Position numbers and translations under genes: made by a program | NCBI GenBank assembly: GCA_048938005.1 | Contig: JBHLMQ010000003.1 | Location: 109,014-173,013 of the forward strand | Source of the DNA: Promethearchaeota archaeon | GTDB taxonomy: Archaea; Asgardarchaeota; Lokiarchaeia; Sigyniarchaeales; SOKP01 | Reading direction: 5' to 3' | DNA: 64,000 nucleotides | Notes under the pieces: model-generated | Databases searched by the model: none | What the model saw: the letters and a program-made list of their open reading frames with translations, nothing else | What the model was told of the DNA's origin: nothing | Part shown: piece after piece, positions 1 to 10,525 of the stretch | Numbering within the stretch: the first letter of the stretch is position 1 | Layout of the letters: the number at the start of each line of letters is the position of its first letter

Positions 1-1
1 A

Positions 2-706
2 GCCTTTTCAAGAGATCCCCCTGAGTTTGTTGTTGGATGGTGGCATTCACACCCTGGTTTTAAAGTAATGATGTCACATATTGATATCCAAACAACACTA
101 TCTTATCAACAAAACAATCCTTTAGCAATCTCGCTTGTATTTAATCCAATAAGATTACTTCGTCAAATTGAAGTAGCAGAAAAAAAGGGAGATCCCGATA
201 AGCAATTAAAAAATGATCCTGGGTTTAAAATTTTTCGATTAGATGATGTTGGTCGAGGTGTTGAAGCGGCTTATCATACAGTTGATTATAAAATTGAAGG
301 ATATGAAAGTATGGAACAATTAATTAATACAACACAGAAATTTATAATTGATGTTGCTAATTTTTTTCCTAGAGAAAAAGTTCCAAAGACTTATGAAAAA
401 TTCATTGATGATCGTATAAACCAATTTAATGCACTAATTCTTGGAACTGAAGAATATTTAACTACTTTAACACATCGGGGTGAGAAAACAAGAATTCCAG
501 AAGTTTTAGAAAATCAAAATCAAGAAATTCGTAAATTTGTTGCAGATACTTCTGTAAAAATAGAAAATATTAAGGAATTCGCGGACTATTTAGAATATAA
601 AGAAAAGGAAGCAATAGTAACTCAAATTGAGAGTATTTTATATAAATGGGATGAAACTGTTTCTGGATTAGATAAGAGATTGAAACAATTATCTAAGAAA
701 TTTTAA
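2..706 (+). CDS. JAMM/MPN+ metalloprotease, Rpn11/CSN5-like, with helical C-terminus (5'-truncated by the window)
   Basis: The frame is open from position 2, upstream of the ORF-track start: AFSRDPPEFVVGWWHSHPGFKVMMSHIDIQT, matching the JAMM motif GWxHSHPx7SxxD. Confidence 0.85.
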   Translation, partial: AFSRDPPEFVVGWWHSHPGFKVMMSHIDIQTTLSYQQNNPLAISLVFNPIRLLRQIEVAEKKGDPDKQLKNDPGFKIFRLDDVGRGVEAAYHTVDYKIEGYESMEQLINTTQKFIIDVANFFPREKVPKTYEKFIDDRINQFNALILGTEEYLTTLTHRGEKTRIPEVLENQNQEIRKFVADTSVKIENIKEFADYLEYKEKEAIVTQIESILYKWDETVSGLDKRLKQLSKKF

Positions 707-831
707 ATCTAATAATTTTCATCTTATTTTTAATTTTGATAAATTTTTATGTGATTACGTTTTTCTATGATTAATTAAGCTATTTAATAAATTAAGAAAT
801 ATCATAGAATTCTCAAAATACAACTTTTATT

Positions 832-3036
832 ATGAAAAAAATTAATTTTCCGTTTACAGCGATTCTTGGTCAAGAAAAAATGAAGATGGGGTTAATTTTG
901 AATGTTATTGACCCTCAAATAGGTGGAATACTATTAACTGGCCAACAAGGTACTGGAAAAAGCACTGCTGTAAGATCACTCGTAGAATTAATGCCACAAA
1001 TCGAAGTTATTAAGGGTTGTGAATTCTCATGTGACCCTTATTCAGATATAGATGATTTATGTCAAAATTGTATAGAAAAGCAGGAAAAAAAGCAGGTTAA
1101 AACTGAATTCAGGGACATGTGGCTAGTTAATTTACCTTTAGGAGTTACAGAAGACATGGTTTGTGGAAGTTTGTCGATAGACAAAGTGTTAACTGAGGGT
1201 ATAAGAGCTTTACACCCTGGACTACTTGCTAAAGCAAATCGAGGTATTTTATATGTGGATGAAATTAATCTTCTTCAAGATCATATTGTTGATGTTCTTT
1301 TAGATTCTGCTGCTTCAGGTGTGAATATTATAGAAAGAGAAGGCATTTCTGTATCACACCCTTCAAAGTTTGTATTAGTCGGTTCAATGAACCCAGAAGA
1401 AGGCGATTTACGTCCACAAATTGCAGATCGTTTAGGGTTAGAAGTAAGAATAAAAGCACCTAGAGATCCCGAATTGCGTGCTGAAATAACTAAAAGAGTT
1501 ATAGAATTTGATGATCATCCAAAAGAATTCATTAAGAACTTCGAAGATAACCAAGAAAAATTGAGAAAACAAATCTTAAACGCTCGTAAAATATTAAAGG
1601 AAGTTCAAATTCCAAATTCAGTTTATGAATTTGTGTCTAAAATTGTAAATGAGTTAGAAATCTTTTCTCAAAGAGCTGATATTACTTTTATTCGATGTGC
1701 AAGGGCTCATGCAGCATTAAATAACAGAAAAGTTATATCAGAAGATGATCTAAATGTTGCAATGGATTTAGTATTTGAACATAGAATGCAATCGCTCCAT
1801 TATGAAATGACGCCAAAAGAAATTCAATCAAAAATTGCTGAAGTTTATGGCAAAATAAAAGAAGCATATGAAAATCTAAAGGTGCTTCGACCAAATAAAG
1901 AGACAGAAGGGCCTTTAAAGCATTCAGACAAACCACAAAAAGAGTTTCAACGGCAATCTGTAGATCCTGATAAAGTTGATATCTCCGAGTCAAAAGAACA
2001 AAAACTACCTCCTCCAAAATATCCTGATAACAAACAACGGAATCCTAGACCCGCTGGAGGGTGGAAGGTTAAAAATATTCCCTTTGATGATGATCTTAAA
2101 TTCTTTGAAGCGAAAAATGTATCAATGCCATTTATTTATAAAATGGAAAAGAAAATAACTTCAATCTTAGATGATATTAGGAAAGATAAGAAAATTTCTG
2201 ATTATGGTGGAAGAGGAATAGGAAGGAGAATCAAAATCTCTTCATCTCAAAAGGGAAGATATGTATCTTATAGAAAACCAATCCGTGAAGAACCTAAAAG
2301 TATTGCATTAGATGCCACTATTAGAAACTATTTGAAAAATATTATTTACAATAAAACAGATATCCATTTTCCGATTCATTTTAATAAATATGATTTAATG
2401 GATAAAATCTATGAATATCGAGCTCCTTTAGTTTTATTTTTTGTATTAGATAGTTCTGCTTCAATGTACTATGTAATAAAGCAAATGACGGATGTAATAT
2501 TGTCTTTACACAGAGAGGGGTATAGAAAGAGAGATAAAATAGCTTTAATTGTCTTTCGAGGTAAAAAAGCGGTCGTTTTACAAAATCCTACTGTAAATTT
2601 TAAGATGGCAGTAAATAAGTTGAAAAGAATAGAAGGAAAATCATATACTCCTATGGCTGCTGCATTAAAAAAAGTATCAGAGCTTATAAAAGTCGAAAAA
2701 TTAAAAAATCGGCAATCAGTACCTGTAGTTTTCATTTTATCTGATTGTGGTGCCAATATCTCTTCTAAATACCCTGATTTAATAGCCCAAGTAGAAACAG
2801 ATTATACTTTAATAACACATGAATTAAAAGAGTTAACAAAAAAATTATCTAAACAAAATATACATATGGTTGTACTAGAGCCTAAAAAATCTTATGCAAC
2901 ACACGCACTTGGAGTACACACCTATTCTGCAGAAAAAATTAAGAAGAATTTTAAAAAATATGGGAATGCTCATGTATACAAATTTGATAAATATGATCCT
3001 AATTCCTTAATATTAGAATTGAAAAAAATACTCTAA
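832..3036 (+). CDS. Mg-chelatase ChlI/ChlD-like AAA+ ATPase with C-terminal vWA domain
   Basis: FPFTAILGQE, Walker A GQQGTGKS, GLLAKANRGILYVDEINLL, GSMNPEEG, Pro-rich linker, vWA MIDAS FVLDSSASM. Confidence 0.85.
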   Translation: MKKINFPFTAILGQEKMKMGLILNVIDPQIGGILLTGQQGTGKSTAVRSLVELMPQIEVIKGCEFSCDPYSDIDDLCQNCIEKQEKKQVKTEFRDMWLVNLPLGVTEDMVCGSLSIDKVLTEGIRALHPGLLAKANRGILYVDEINLLQDHIVDVLLDSAASGVNIIEREGISVSHPSKFVLVGSMNPEEGDLRPQIADRLGLEVRIKAPRDPELRAEITKRVIEFDDHPKEFIKNFEDNQEKLRKQILNARKILKEVQIPNSVYEFVSKIVNELEIFSQRADITFIRCARAHAALNNRKVISEDDLNVAMDLVFEHRMQSLHYEMTPKEIQSKIAEVYGKIKEAYENLKVLRPNKETEGPLKHSDKPQKEFQRQSVDPDKVDISESKEQKLPPPKYPDNKQRNPRPAGGWKVKNIPFDDDLKFFEAKNVSMPFIYKMEKKITSILDDIRKDKKISDYGGRGIGRRIKISSSQKGRYVSYRKPIREEPKSIALDATIRNYLKNIIYNKTDIHFPIHFNKYDLMDKIYEYRAPLVLFFVLDSSASMYYVIKQMTDVILSLHREGYRKRDKIALIVFRGKKAVVLQNPTVNFKMAVNKLKRIEGKSYTPMAAALKKVSELIKVEKLKNRQSVPVVFILSDCGANISSKYPDLIAQVETDYTLITHELKELTKKLSKQNIHMVVLEPKKSYATHALGVHTYSAEKIKKNFKKYGNAHVYKFDKYDPNSLILELKKIL

Positions 3037-3127
3037 ATATTAAACTAAATTAATTTTTAAAATCCATCACTAATCAATTTCTTAAAATTCAATTTTTTAT
3101 TACCATTTTTAATCCAATTTTTAGATC

Positions 3128-4369
3128 ATGACTGATAACTCAAATTCTGTGCTAGTTGTTGGATATAATACTCGTCCATTAGCTACTTCTCTGAATAAAG
3201 CAGGATATGTTGTATATGCAGTGGATTTTTTTGGCGATTTAGATCTCTATCCCTATATAGAAGATTATATTATAATCGTGAAAGAATTACAAGGTAATTA
3301 TAACTCTTTAAAAGATAAATATAGTAAGTATTTAGTTGATTTTACATTGAACTTATACCGTATTTATAAGGACGTAAAGTTCTTATTAATCGGTAGTGGG
3401 TTAGATGATGCCTACGAAGGGAGAAAACGTATTTTAGACGAAATTAAAAATTTCAGTACAATAAGTGTCAATAACAATTTAGAAATTATAAAAAAATCAA
3501 GAAATATTGAATATCTTTTTGAATTTCTTAAATTCCAAGGGTATAAAGTTCCATTATATTGTTCCTTTGAAAAATTTCAATTAAAGAGATCTATCTTGGA
3601 ATTTCCTTTCATCTTAAAAAAAAAGAGAAGTGCTGGAGGCGTTAATGTTTTTAAAATTGAAGATGAGAGGAATTTTAATTCTCAAGTAAAGATTTTACAA
3701 GAGAAAATGTTTATCGCGTCAGATTGGGTGATTCAAGAATATATCGAAGGAATTCCTGTTAGTTGTACAGTGATTTCAGATGGTAAAGAATGTGAGATTA
3801 TCTCTATCAATCGTCAAATCATAGGAGAAAAGTTTCTAAATTCTCCAAAGGAATTTATGTATTGTGGTAATATTGTACCTGGAGGATTGTTGAAAGATGA
3901 AACGAGAATCATATCTGAAATTTCAAAATTTTTAACTGAAGAATTAGGCTTAAAAGGAATTAATGGATTTGATTTTGTATTAAAAGATCATTATCCATAT
4001 TTTATGGAATGTAATCCAAGAATCCCTGGTTCTATAAGTGCTTCAGAATCTGTACTAGATTTAAATCTCGTAGATTTGCATATAAAAAGCTTTTTGCTTA
4101 ATGAATGGATTAGTATTAAAAAAATGATTAAATCTGCCATGCCAAAAACATTTGCAACAAAATTAATATTTTTTGCCCCCAAAGTTATTGAAAAAAATCT
4201 ATTACCAGAAATTAATAATCTTGAATTTGTTTATGATAAACCTGAACCAATAAAGAATATTTTAAAAGGTGAACCTTTATGTACTGTTTTATATGAAGCA
4301 GATAATTTCTCTGAATCTTTTAATGGGGCAAAAAAGATTGTAAATAAAATAAATAAAATTATTGGATAA
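3128..4369 (+). CDS. ATP-grasp domain protein (COG2232-like)
   Basis: AVDFFGDLDL, SAGGVNV, IQEYIEG, GFDFV, ECNPRIPGS. Confidence 0.75.
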   Translation: MTDNSNSVLVVGYNTRPLATSLNKAGYVVYAVDFFGDLDLYPYIEDYIIIVKELQGNYNSLKDKYSKYLVDFTLNLYRIYKDVKFLLIGSGLDDAYEGRKRILDEIKNFSTISVNNNLEIIKKSRNIEYLFEFLKFQGYKVPLYCSFEKFQLKRSILEFPFILKKKRSAGGVNVFKIEDERNFNSQVKILQEKMFIASDWVIQEYIEGIPVSCTVISDGKECEIISINRQIIGEKFLNSPKEFMYCGNIVPGGLLKDETRIISEISKFLTEELGLKGINGFDFVLKDHYPYFMECNPRIPGSISASESVLDLNLVDLHIKSFLLNEWISIKKMIKSAMPKTFATKLIFFAPKVIEKNLLPEINNLEFVYDKPEPIKNILKGEPLCTVLYEADNFSESFNGAKKIVNKINKIIG

Positions 4370-4380
4370 TTATTCTTATA

Positions 4381-5118
4381 CTACTGGATGATTGCTTTTA
4401 TTTTCGCGATGTAAGTTCCTAATTTCCTCCCATCTGATTCTGGAACAGCAAGTGCTAAGACTCTATTCTCATCTAAATCATGTATTATAACAGAACCATT
4501 TTCTCCACCTATTATTGAATATTCCATACCACTTTCTAATAAAACTCCAGATAAATTATATAATGCAGCAACCATAGCTGAAAGAATAGGTTCAGGCATA
4601 GTAGATTGAATCTTAATTGGTAATCCATCTTTAGTTATTATTGCTAAAACAAGAGTGTTTGGAATAGCTCGTTTCAGTCCCTTAAATATTTCTTCTTTGA
4701 GTATGTCTGATGTCTCAATAATAGCAGATATTTGTAAACTTAATTTTTGTAATTTATCAATATGAGAATCCAGTCCTTCAAGCTCAGCTAATTCTCTATT
4801 TAAATAAGTTATCATAGATATATTTTCTGTTAAAATTGAAAGGACAATTTTATCTTTCCCAATAATTAAATTATAAGAAACTTCTTGATTTAGTGAATCT
4901 CTTAACATTTTAGATGATAGAAATACAAGACTGCTGTTAGCAGCTGTAACTTCCCCTGTTGTCATTTTAATATCTTTTTTAAATTTATTTGCAACTTTAG
5001 TTCCTTCAGGAGTTCCAATATTAATCCCTAATACAGCTGGGGAGGATTGTAGTTCCCTTTCTATTAATTCAGCAATATCTGATTGTAAAGCTTCGATTAT
5101 TTTATCTTGCTTTTCCAT
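4381..5118 (-). CDS. Tandem roadblock/LC7-domain protein
   Basis: Two ~120-aa repeats of roadblock pattern (IGTPEGTKVA...; IITKDGLPI...LSAMVAAL...IIGGENGSVIIH). Confidence 0.7.
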   Translation of the reverse strand: MEKQDKIIEALQSDIAELIERELQSSPAVLGINIGTPEGTKVANKFKKDIKMTTGEVTAANSSLVFLSSKMLRDSLNQEVSYNLIIGKDKIVLSILTENISMITYLNRELAELEGLDSHIDKLQKLSLQISAIIETSDILKEEIFKGLKRAIPNTLVLAIITKDGLPIKIQSTMPEPILSAMVAALYNLSGVLLESGMEYSIIGGENGSVIIHDLDENRVLALAVPESDGRKLGTYIAKIKAIIQ

Positions 5119-5211
5119 GGATGAATATTAATATATTTGAAAATAAAAAGATATTCTAATAATTAAATAATAATTTTAAGAATTTGAATACAAAATTCAT
5201 TTTGGTTATAT

Positions 5212-6336
5212 ATGGCAGATACAAAATCGGATATCTATGTAATAATATTAGCTGCGGGTTTAGCTACTAGATTACGACCTCTCTCAAATAGAATACCAAA
5301 ACCTTTAATAAACATTTGTGGAAGTTCAATAAATTACAGAATAATATCTAATTTTAAGAATGCTGGATTTTTTAGATTTTGTATTTTAATAGGATATAAA
5401 AAGGAACGTGTAAAGAAAGAAGTTTTAAAAAATAAAGATATTGAGATAGAATTCGTAGAACAAAAGGAAATTACAGGTATGGCTGAAGCAATCTCCTTAT
5501 CTATCAACCACATTAATAAAAATAAAGAAAATATAAAAGGTTTTTTTGTAACCGCTGCTGATATTATTCCTGAAAAGTGGGATATTCTTAATATGTATTC
5601 ATTTTATAAAAATTCAAAAGCAGATATTATTCTGAGTTTAATGGTATCACATGATAGCGAAATTGCAAGCGGGCATGCTAATATTAAAATATCAAACGAT
5701 TCAATATTAAGTAAAGAAATAGATCTAAATCATGTTTTGGAAATTATTGATATTATTGAAAAGCCAAAACCTCTTCAGATCTTAAGTGATTATTATTCCC
5801 TACCCTTTTATTTTTTTAATCAGAATATTCTTAAGAATTTCGAAAATATTAATATTTCAGAACGTGGTGAGAAAGAGTTTCAAGATGCGATAAAGAATGC
5901 CTTAATTTCGGGAGATGAGGTTCTTGGAATACCTATAATAGATACTCCGATTACAAAAAATAATATCGGTAAATTCCATTTAACAAATTTAAAGGATATC
6001 ATTAAAATGAACAATAGATTTCTATCTGGTGTAAACCTTGAAAAATTCAAAGGCAAATCTCCTGAATTTTTTGAGCCAGTTAAAATAAAATACGGAGTTG
6101 AGATAGGACATAAGGTTATATTAGGCCCTTATGTGATAATTGGCAAGTTTTGTAAGATAGGTGATTTTTGTGAATTAACAGATGTTATTATCTTCGATAA
6201 TACCATTATTGGAAAATCTTCTAAATTAAGTTGGTGTATTATAGACGAGAACGTAACCGTAACAGATAATTTTCATGCAAAAGACTGTTTTATTACTCAA
6301 AATGATGAAAAAGAATTAGATATAATAAATTTCTAA
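5212..6336 (+). CDS. Sugar-phosphate nucleotidyltransferase with C-terminal left-handed beta-helix
   Basis: ILAAGLATRLRPLSNRIPKPL, IIEKP, SERGEKE, hexapeptide repeats at the C-terminus. Confidence 0.85.
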   Translation: MADTKSDIYVIILAAGLATRLRPLSNRIPKPLINICGSSINYRIISNFKNAGFFRFCILIGYKKERVKKEVLKNKDIEIEFVEQKEITGMAEAISLSINHINKNKENIKGFFVTAADIIPEKWDILNMYSFYKNSKADIILSLMVSHDSEIASGHANIKISNDSILSKEIDLNHVLEIIDIIEKPKPLQILSDYYSLPFYFFNQNILKNFENINISERGEKEFQDAIKNALISGDEVLGIPIIDTPITKNNIGKFHLTNLKDIIKMNNRFLSGVNLEKFKGKSPEFFEPVKIKYGVEIGHKVILGPYVIIGKFCKIGDFCELTDVIIFDNTIIGKSSKLSWCIIDENVTVTDNFHAKDCFITQNDEKELDIINF

Positions 6337-6421
6337 ATTGTAATCATTATAGTAAAAATTATTAATAAAAAACATTATTATTAATGATAAAGGGACTCTA
6401 TATATTAAATTTTTATGCGAA

Positions 6422-7237
6422 GTGATCTTGTTAATGGATGAATTTTCAATAAAAAAACAATTAGAGACTAAAGATAACCTCATTAAATTAAAAGATGAGC
6501 AAGTTAAGACCCTCGAGAATTCTCTTCAATTAAAAGATGAGCAAATTAAAACTCTCGAGAAGACACTCAAAACTAAAGATGATGAGACTAAAACTTTAGA
6601 AAAAACCATTGCATTAAAAGAAGAAGAAATCATAAAAATAGCATCTTCAACAGTTGATACAAGTATTTTAAAAGAGAAAGATGATACGATTACTCAGCTT
6701 CAAAAAGAGATAGAAATATTAAATGAAGAATTAGCTAAAGCAGATGAAGAATTAGAAAGCTTAGAATTGGAAAATGAGAAACTCAGAAAAGCTGAATCTA
6801 GTTCTGCAGATTTTAAAATTATTGATTATACAAATATAAACATCAACAAAACTCAGATTCTTGAGAAAATGAGAGACATATTAGAAAAAGCAATAGCTAA
6901 TGTTAGCATAGTCGTTCCTAGTATTGAGGATTTGCAGGAGTTGTATTTATATGAGCTCAGATCATCTGTGTCCATGTCGATTGCATGTTCAATTAATCCC
7001 GGAATTGATGAGCATTCTGAACTGCTAGAAGAGTTCGAAAGTTTAGATAATATAAATTTGCGAAATTACGAACGAGCAGACAGATATGTATTAACAAGAG
7101 ACGGAGAAGAACTGCTATTAGCAGTAATTGGTGATTCTGAAGATAATAATTTAGTAATCCATACAAAAGATCCTAAACATATTAAATTACTCAATTCTAT
7201 AGCTACAGAGGGTTGGATCCAGAGCCGAAAAATCTAA
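6422..7237 (+). CDS. Coiled-coil protein with C-terminal TrmB/PLD-like alpha/beta domain
   Basis: N-terminal 14-aa repeats; C-terminal pattern ILEKAIANVSIVVP...RDGEELLL resembles TrmB effector folds (inference). Confidence 0.55.
   Translation: MILLMDEFSIKKQLETKDNLIKLKDEQVKTLENSLQLKDEQIKTLEKTLKTKDDETKTLEKTIALKEEEIIKIASSTVDTSILKEKDDTITQLQKEIEILNEELAKADEELESLELENEKLRKAESSSADFKIIDYTNININKTQILEKMRDILEKAIANVSIVVPSIEDLQELYLYELRSSVSMSIACSINPGIDEHSELLEEFESLDNINLRNYERADRYVLTRDGEELLLAVIGDSEDNNLVIHTKDPKHIKLLNSIATEGWIQSRKI
6488..6625 (+). repeat. Intragenic 42-nt (14-aa) degenerate tandem repeat
   Basis: TTAAAAGATGAGCAA at 6488 and 6530; protein LKDEQVKTLENSLQ / LKDEQIKTLEKTLK / TKDDETKTLEKTIA. Confidence 0.75.
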
Positions 7238-7249
7238 AAAATAAGAAGT

Positions 7250-7984
7250 TTAGAAAATAGGACACTCTTCTTTTACACATTTATCGTTAATCTTTGAAAA
7301 AGGACATCTTTTAAAATTATAACCTAAATTTATGCTAAACTTTTCTTGTAAGAATTTTAAAGTTTCTATAATTGATAATCTTACAGATCTCTTGCAGCAA
7401 TGTTCTAAATTATCTGCAATTTTATCTAATGATTGAGATGTTACTTGATTTGCTAATGTCCTTGGACCATCTGTTGCAGGTGTTGCTCCTGTGAAAATAC
7501 TTATTGCTACGCCAGATCCCATACCTGCACCGCATGAGCCATAAAAACCACACCAACCACCTGGGATCTTAGAAGCTCTTCTAATTGCTTCCTTAATATC
7601 AAATAAGGATATCTTATCCCCACTAGGTTTGTTAACTCCATTATTCTTAAGAGATGTTAAAATAACAGCAGGTGTTAGTACATGATGCTCAGGACCATAC
7701 ACTTTAAAATTTGGGTGTTTCATGATTATATCTGCTAATTCAAATGGATCCTTAATATCAGTTTCTTCGCATATTTTTTCAATAATTTCAATTGGGTCTT
7801 TTGAATGGCAAGCATCGCAGATATAATGTCCAACACTGCAGTATATATTAGTTTTAAATTTTTTTTTACAAAATTCACAGTTCAATTCTTTATAATCTTC
7901 CAATTTAGTCGCATAAAGTAAAGTTTCACCACAAATTTCACATTTATCACTTATTTCTTTTTTCATTTTTAATCTTATCAGCAT
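7250..7984 (-). CDS. Cys-rich protein, DUF5714-like
   Basis: CEIC, CEFC, GHYICDACH, GPEHH, PGGWCGFYGSCGA, HCCKRS. Confidence 0.7.
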   Translation of the reverse strand: MLIRLKMKKEISDKCEICGETLLYATKLEDYKELNCEFCKKKFKTNIYCSVGHYICDACHSKDPIEIIEKICEETDIKDPFELADIIMKHPNFKVYGPEHHVLTPAVILTSLKNNGVNKPSGDKISLFDIKEAIRRASKIPGGWCGFYGSCGAGMGSGVAISIFTGATPATDGPRTLANQVTSQSLDKIADNLEHCCKRSVRLSIIETLKFLQEKFSINLGYNFKRCPFSKINDKCVKEECPIF

Positions 7985-7990
7985 GTTTAA

Positions 7991-8845
7991 TTATATTTCA
8001 ATCAAAGTCATTTTTCTTTTGTTAAAATGGGCTAATTGATTGTATCCTATTCTTCTTAACATAACAATTATTTTTTTGAATTCCCAAGCAATATAAACAG
8101 GATTATGAGCATCAGATCCTAGCAAGATTGGAATATCAAGAGAATACATCTCCTTTATGATTTCCTTACTTGGATATTGCTCATTACAGTCCTTCCTCAA
8201 CCCTCCTGTATTAATTTCCATAGCGATATTTCTTTTTCTTTTAATGAGTTCTAAGGTTTTCATTGCTTCATTGAATATTATTTCTTTATTATTAGGAATA
8301 TCATTAAATTTCTTGGGTAAATCGAAATGTGCAATGATATCAAAATTAAATCTGGGTGTTCTTACCATTTTTTGGAGTTTTTGATAATAAAACATATATA
8401 CTTTATCTGCTCCATAATACTCATAATCATTTCTAAACCTAGAATCATCAAAACCCCAAGCTCCTTTTCCATCAAAAAAATTTAAAATATGTATTGAGCC
8501 CAATATAAAATCCAATCTACTTATAATTGGTTTTAGATGATTATTTAATGTAGACTCTTGATTTTTGAGGTAATCTATTTCAAAACCAATCCGAATTGTA
8601 ATATCCTCTTTATACTTCTCTCTTAATTTTTCTGTTGTAGATAAATAATTTTCAATTTCATGTAGAGTTATAGCATATTCCTGATGGGGAATCCTCTCAA
8701 TTTTCTTCAGAAATTCATAGGGAAAATGATCACTTATCCCTATTGTTTTAAGTTCAAGTTCAATAGCTTTTTTAATATAATCTTCAATTGAGCCAATAGC
8801 ATGATGGCATTGTTGATTATGAGTGTGCCAGTCCTCAAGTATCAT
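7991..8845 (-). CDS. PHP-family histidinol-phosphatase (HisJ/HisK-like)
   Basis: DWHTH, SDHFP, GFEID, GSIH, AHFDL, EINTGG, GSDAH. Confidence 0.85.
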   Translation of the reverse strand: MILEDWHTHNQQCHHAIGSIEDYIKKAIELELKTIGISDHFPYEFLKKIERIPHQEYAITLHEIENYLSTTEKLREKYKEDITIRIGFEIDYLKNQESTLNNHLKPIISRLDFILGSIHILNFFDGKGAWGFDDSRFRNDYEYYGADKVYMFYYQKLQKMVRTPRFNFDIIAHFDLPKKFNDIPNNKEIIFNEAMKTLELIKRKRNIAMEINTGGLRKDCNEQYPSKEIIKEMYSLDIPILLGSDAHNPVYIAWEFKKIIVMLRRIGYNQLAHFNKRKMTLIEI

Positions 8846-8942
8846 TTATTATACGACCAAGATTTTTTATACCATTGCTTAATTTTAACAATTAAATAAG
8901 AAAGATAAAATTTATGATTACTTTATATTAGCTGATTTTTTC

Positions 8943-9752
8943 TTGGAATTTAAAAAAAAACAGTTTGATGGACCTTATGAAGTTGCCTCTCTTGATATTT
9001 ATGTTGAAGATGAGTTATTCAAGGGGTTGCTTTATTATCCCCCCATATCTTTTCAAAAACCCTATCCTGTAATAATATATTTTCATGGATTTCCGCAACT
9101 ATTTCCTCTACAAGAGATTGTAAGAAGTTATCATTATCTTTTGGATATTGGTTATGCTTTCATCACATTTAATTTTAGGGGTTATAGATATAGTGAAGGA
9201 GAGGTTTCGATAAAATCTCAAGTAGCAGACGCATACAAAATTATTGATTTTATTAATTCCATGGCTAAAAATGATATCTTTAATTTAACCAACGTTAACA
9301 TTATTGGTCATGATTTTGGTGCATATATTGCGCTGATTCTTTGTTCTCAAATTAACTGTATTACTAAATTGTTATTAATTACTCCAATTATAGATGTAAA
9401 AAAACATATACATGACGATAATTTCTCTCAAGTATTAAATTATATAAATCGATTTCTCCCTGGTAATGTAAAGGGGATTAGCAATATTAATGAATTTATT
9501 AATTTAATTAAGATGGAATTGTCTCAGAAAAAATATCAAATTAGATATTTTATAAACCATCTAACAATCAAAAAATTAAAAATTGTGATTGGAAATGTAG
9601 ATAAAATTACACCTATTTCTGCAGTAGAAGAAGTAATGCATAACTCAAACATCGATTATGAACTGGCATTGATAGAAAATATGGATCATGATATCATTTA
9701 TGAAGAAGATTTATTAAAAATAAAAAAAGAAATAAGGAAATTTTTTGAATAA
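8943..9752 (+). CDS. Alpha/beta-fold hydrolase
   Basis: YFHGFP, FNFRGYRYSEG, GHDFG at the nucleophile elbow, D..MDH. Confidence 0.75.
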   Translation: MEFKKKQFDGPYEVASLDIYVEDELFKGLLYYPPISFQKPYPVIIYFHGFPQLFPLQEIVRSYHYLLDIGYAFITFNFRGYRYSEGEVSIKSQVADAYKIIDFINSMAKNDIFNLTNVNIIGHDFGAYIALILCSQINCITKLLLITPIIDVKKHIHDDNFSQVLNYINRFLPGNVKGISNINEFINLIKMELSQKKYQIRYFINHLTIKKLKIVIGNVDKITPISAVEEVMHNSNIDYELALIENMDHDIIYEEDLLKIKKEIRKFFE

Positions 9753-9826
9753 AAATCGTGAAAACGATGAAAATATTAAAACAATTAACGCTAATGAGCA
9801 TGTTCCAGAAATCTAAACTTTTTACT

Positions 9827-10477
9827 TTATTCTATATATTTTTTAATATATCGTTGTACTTCACTTGTAGGTTGAAAAATCCCGAAATGTCCCTCACATA
9901 AAATATCTGCGTTCAAATCTAAAAGTTTTCGTAAAGAACTTTGATAATCTCCAAAATTACTAACACCGGGTATTATAGGGCCATGAATATCCTGTCCAAA
10001 TAATATCTTCTTATTATCTTCAGTCTCGATTAAAATAGAGATAGAACCAGGAGTATGGCCGGGAGTATGGATACATTGAAACTCATAAATTCCAAATTTT
10101 AAGATTTCAAAATCTCCTTTTAATCTTTTCTGAAGTTTAACTGGTTTATAATTTACTCCGTACCACATAGCTGCTGTTTCTCTATCATGTCCTTTCTCTT
10201 CTATTGCATCTGCATCCAATTCATGAGCGTAAAACTTTACGTTTTTGTTAAATTGTTTAAAATCATAACAAGCACCAATATGATCTATATGGAAATGAGT
10301 GATAATACAATGTTTTATTTCCATTGGATTTAAATTAAGTTTACTGATCTTTTTTATCATTTCAAGACTCATTCCGCAATCTATTAAAATAAGACCATCT
10401 GCGCTATGGGTATTAACTAGAAAAACAGAACATCCACTGTCGCCAATATGGTATACATTCTTATAAATTTCCCTCAT
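9827..10477 (-). CDS. Metallo-beta-lactamase fold hydrolase
   Basis: THFHIDHIG, TPGHTPGS, GQD, CEGH. Confidence 0.85.
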   Translation of the reverse strand: MREIYKNVYHIGDSGCSVFLVNTHSADGLILIDCGMSLEMIKKISKLNLNPMEIKHCIITHFHIDHIGACYDFKQFNKNVKFYAHELDADAIEEKGHDRETAAMWYGVNYKPVKLQKRLKGDFEILKFGIYEFQCIHTPGHTPGSISILIETEDNKKILFGQDIHGPIIPGVSNFGDYQSSLRKLLDLNADILCEGHFGIFQPTSEVQRYIKKYIE

Positions 10478-10525
10478 TTTTTACTCGATTATTTGTTATC
10501 GTAATTATACATTAAAATTTTTTAT

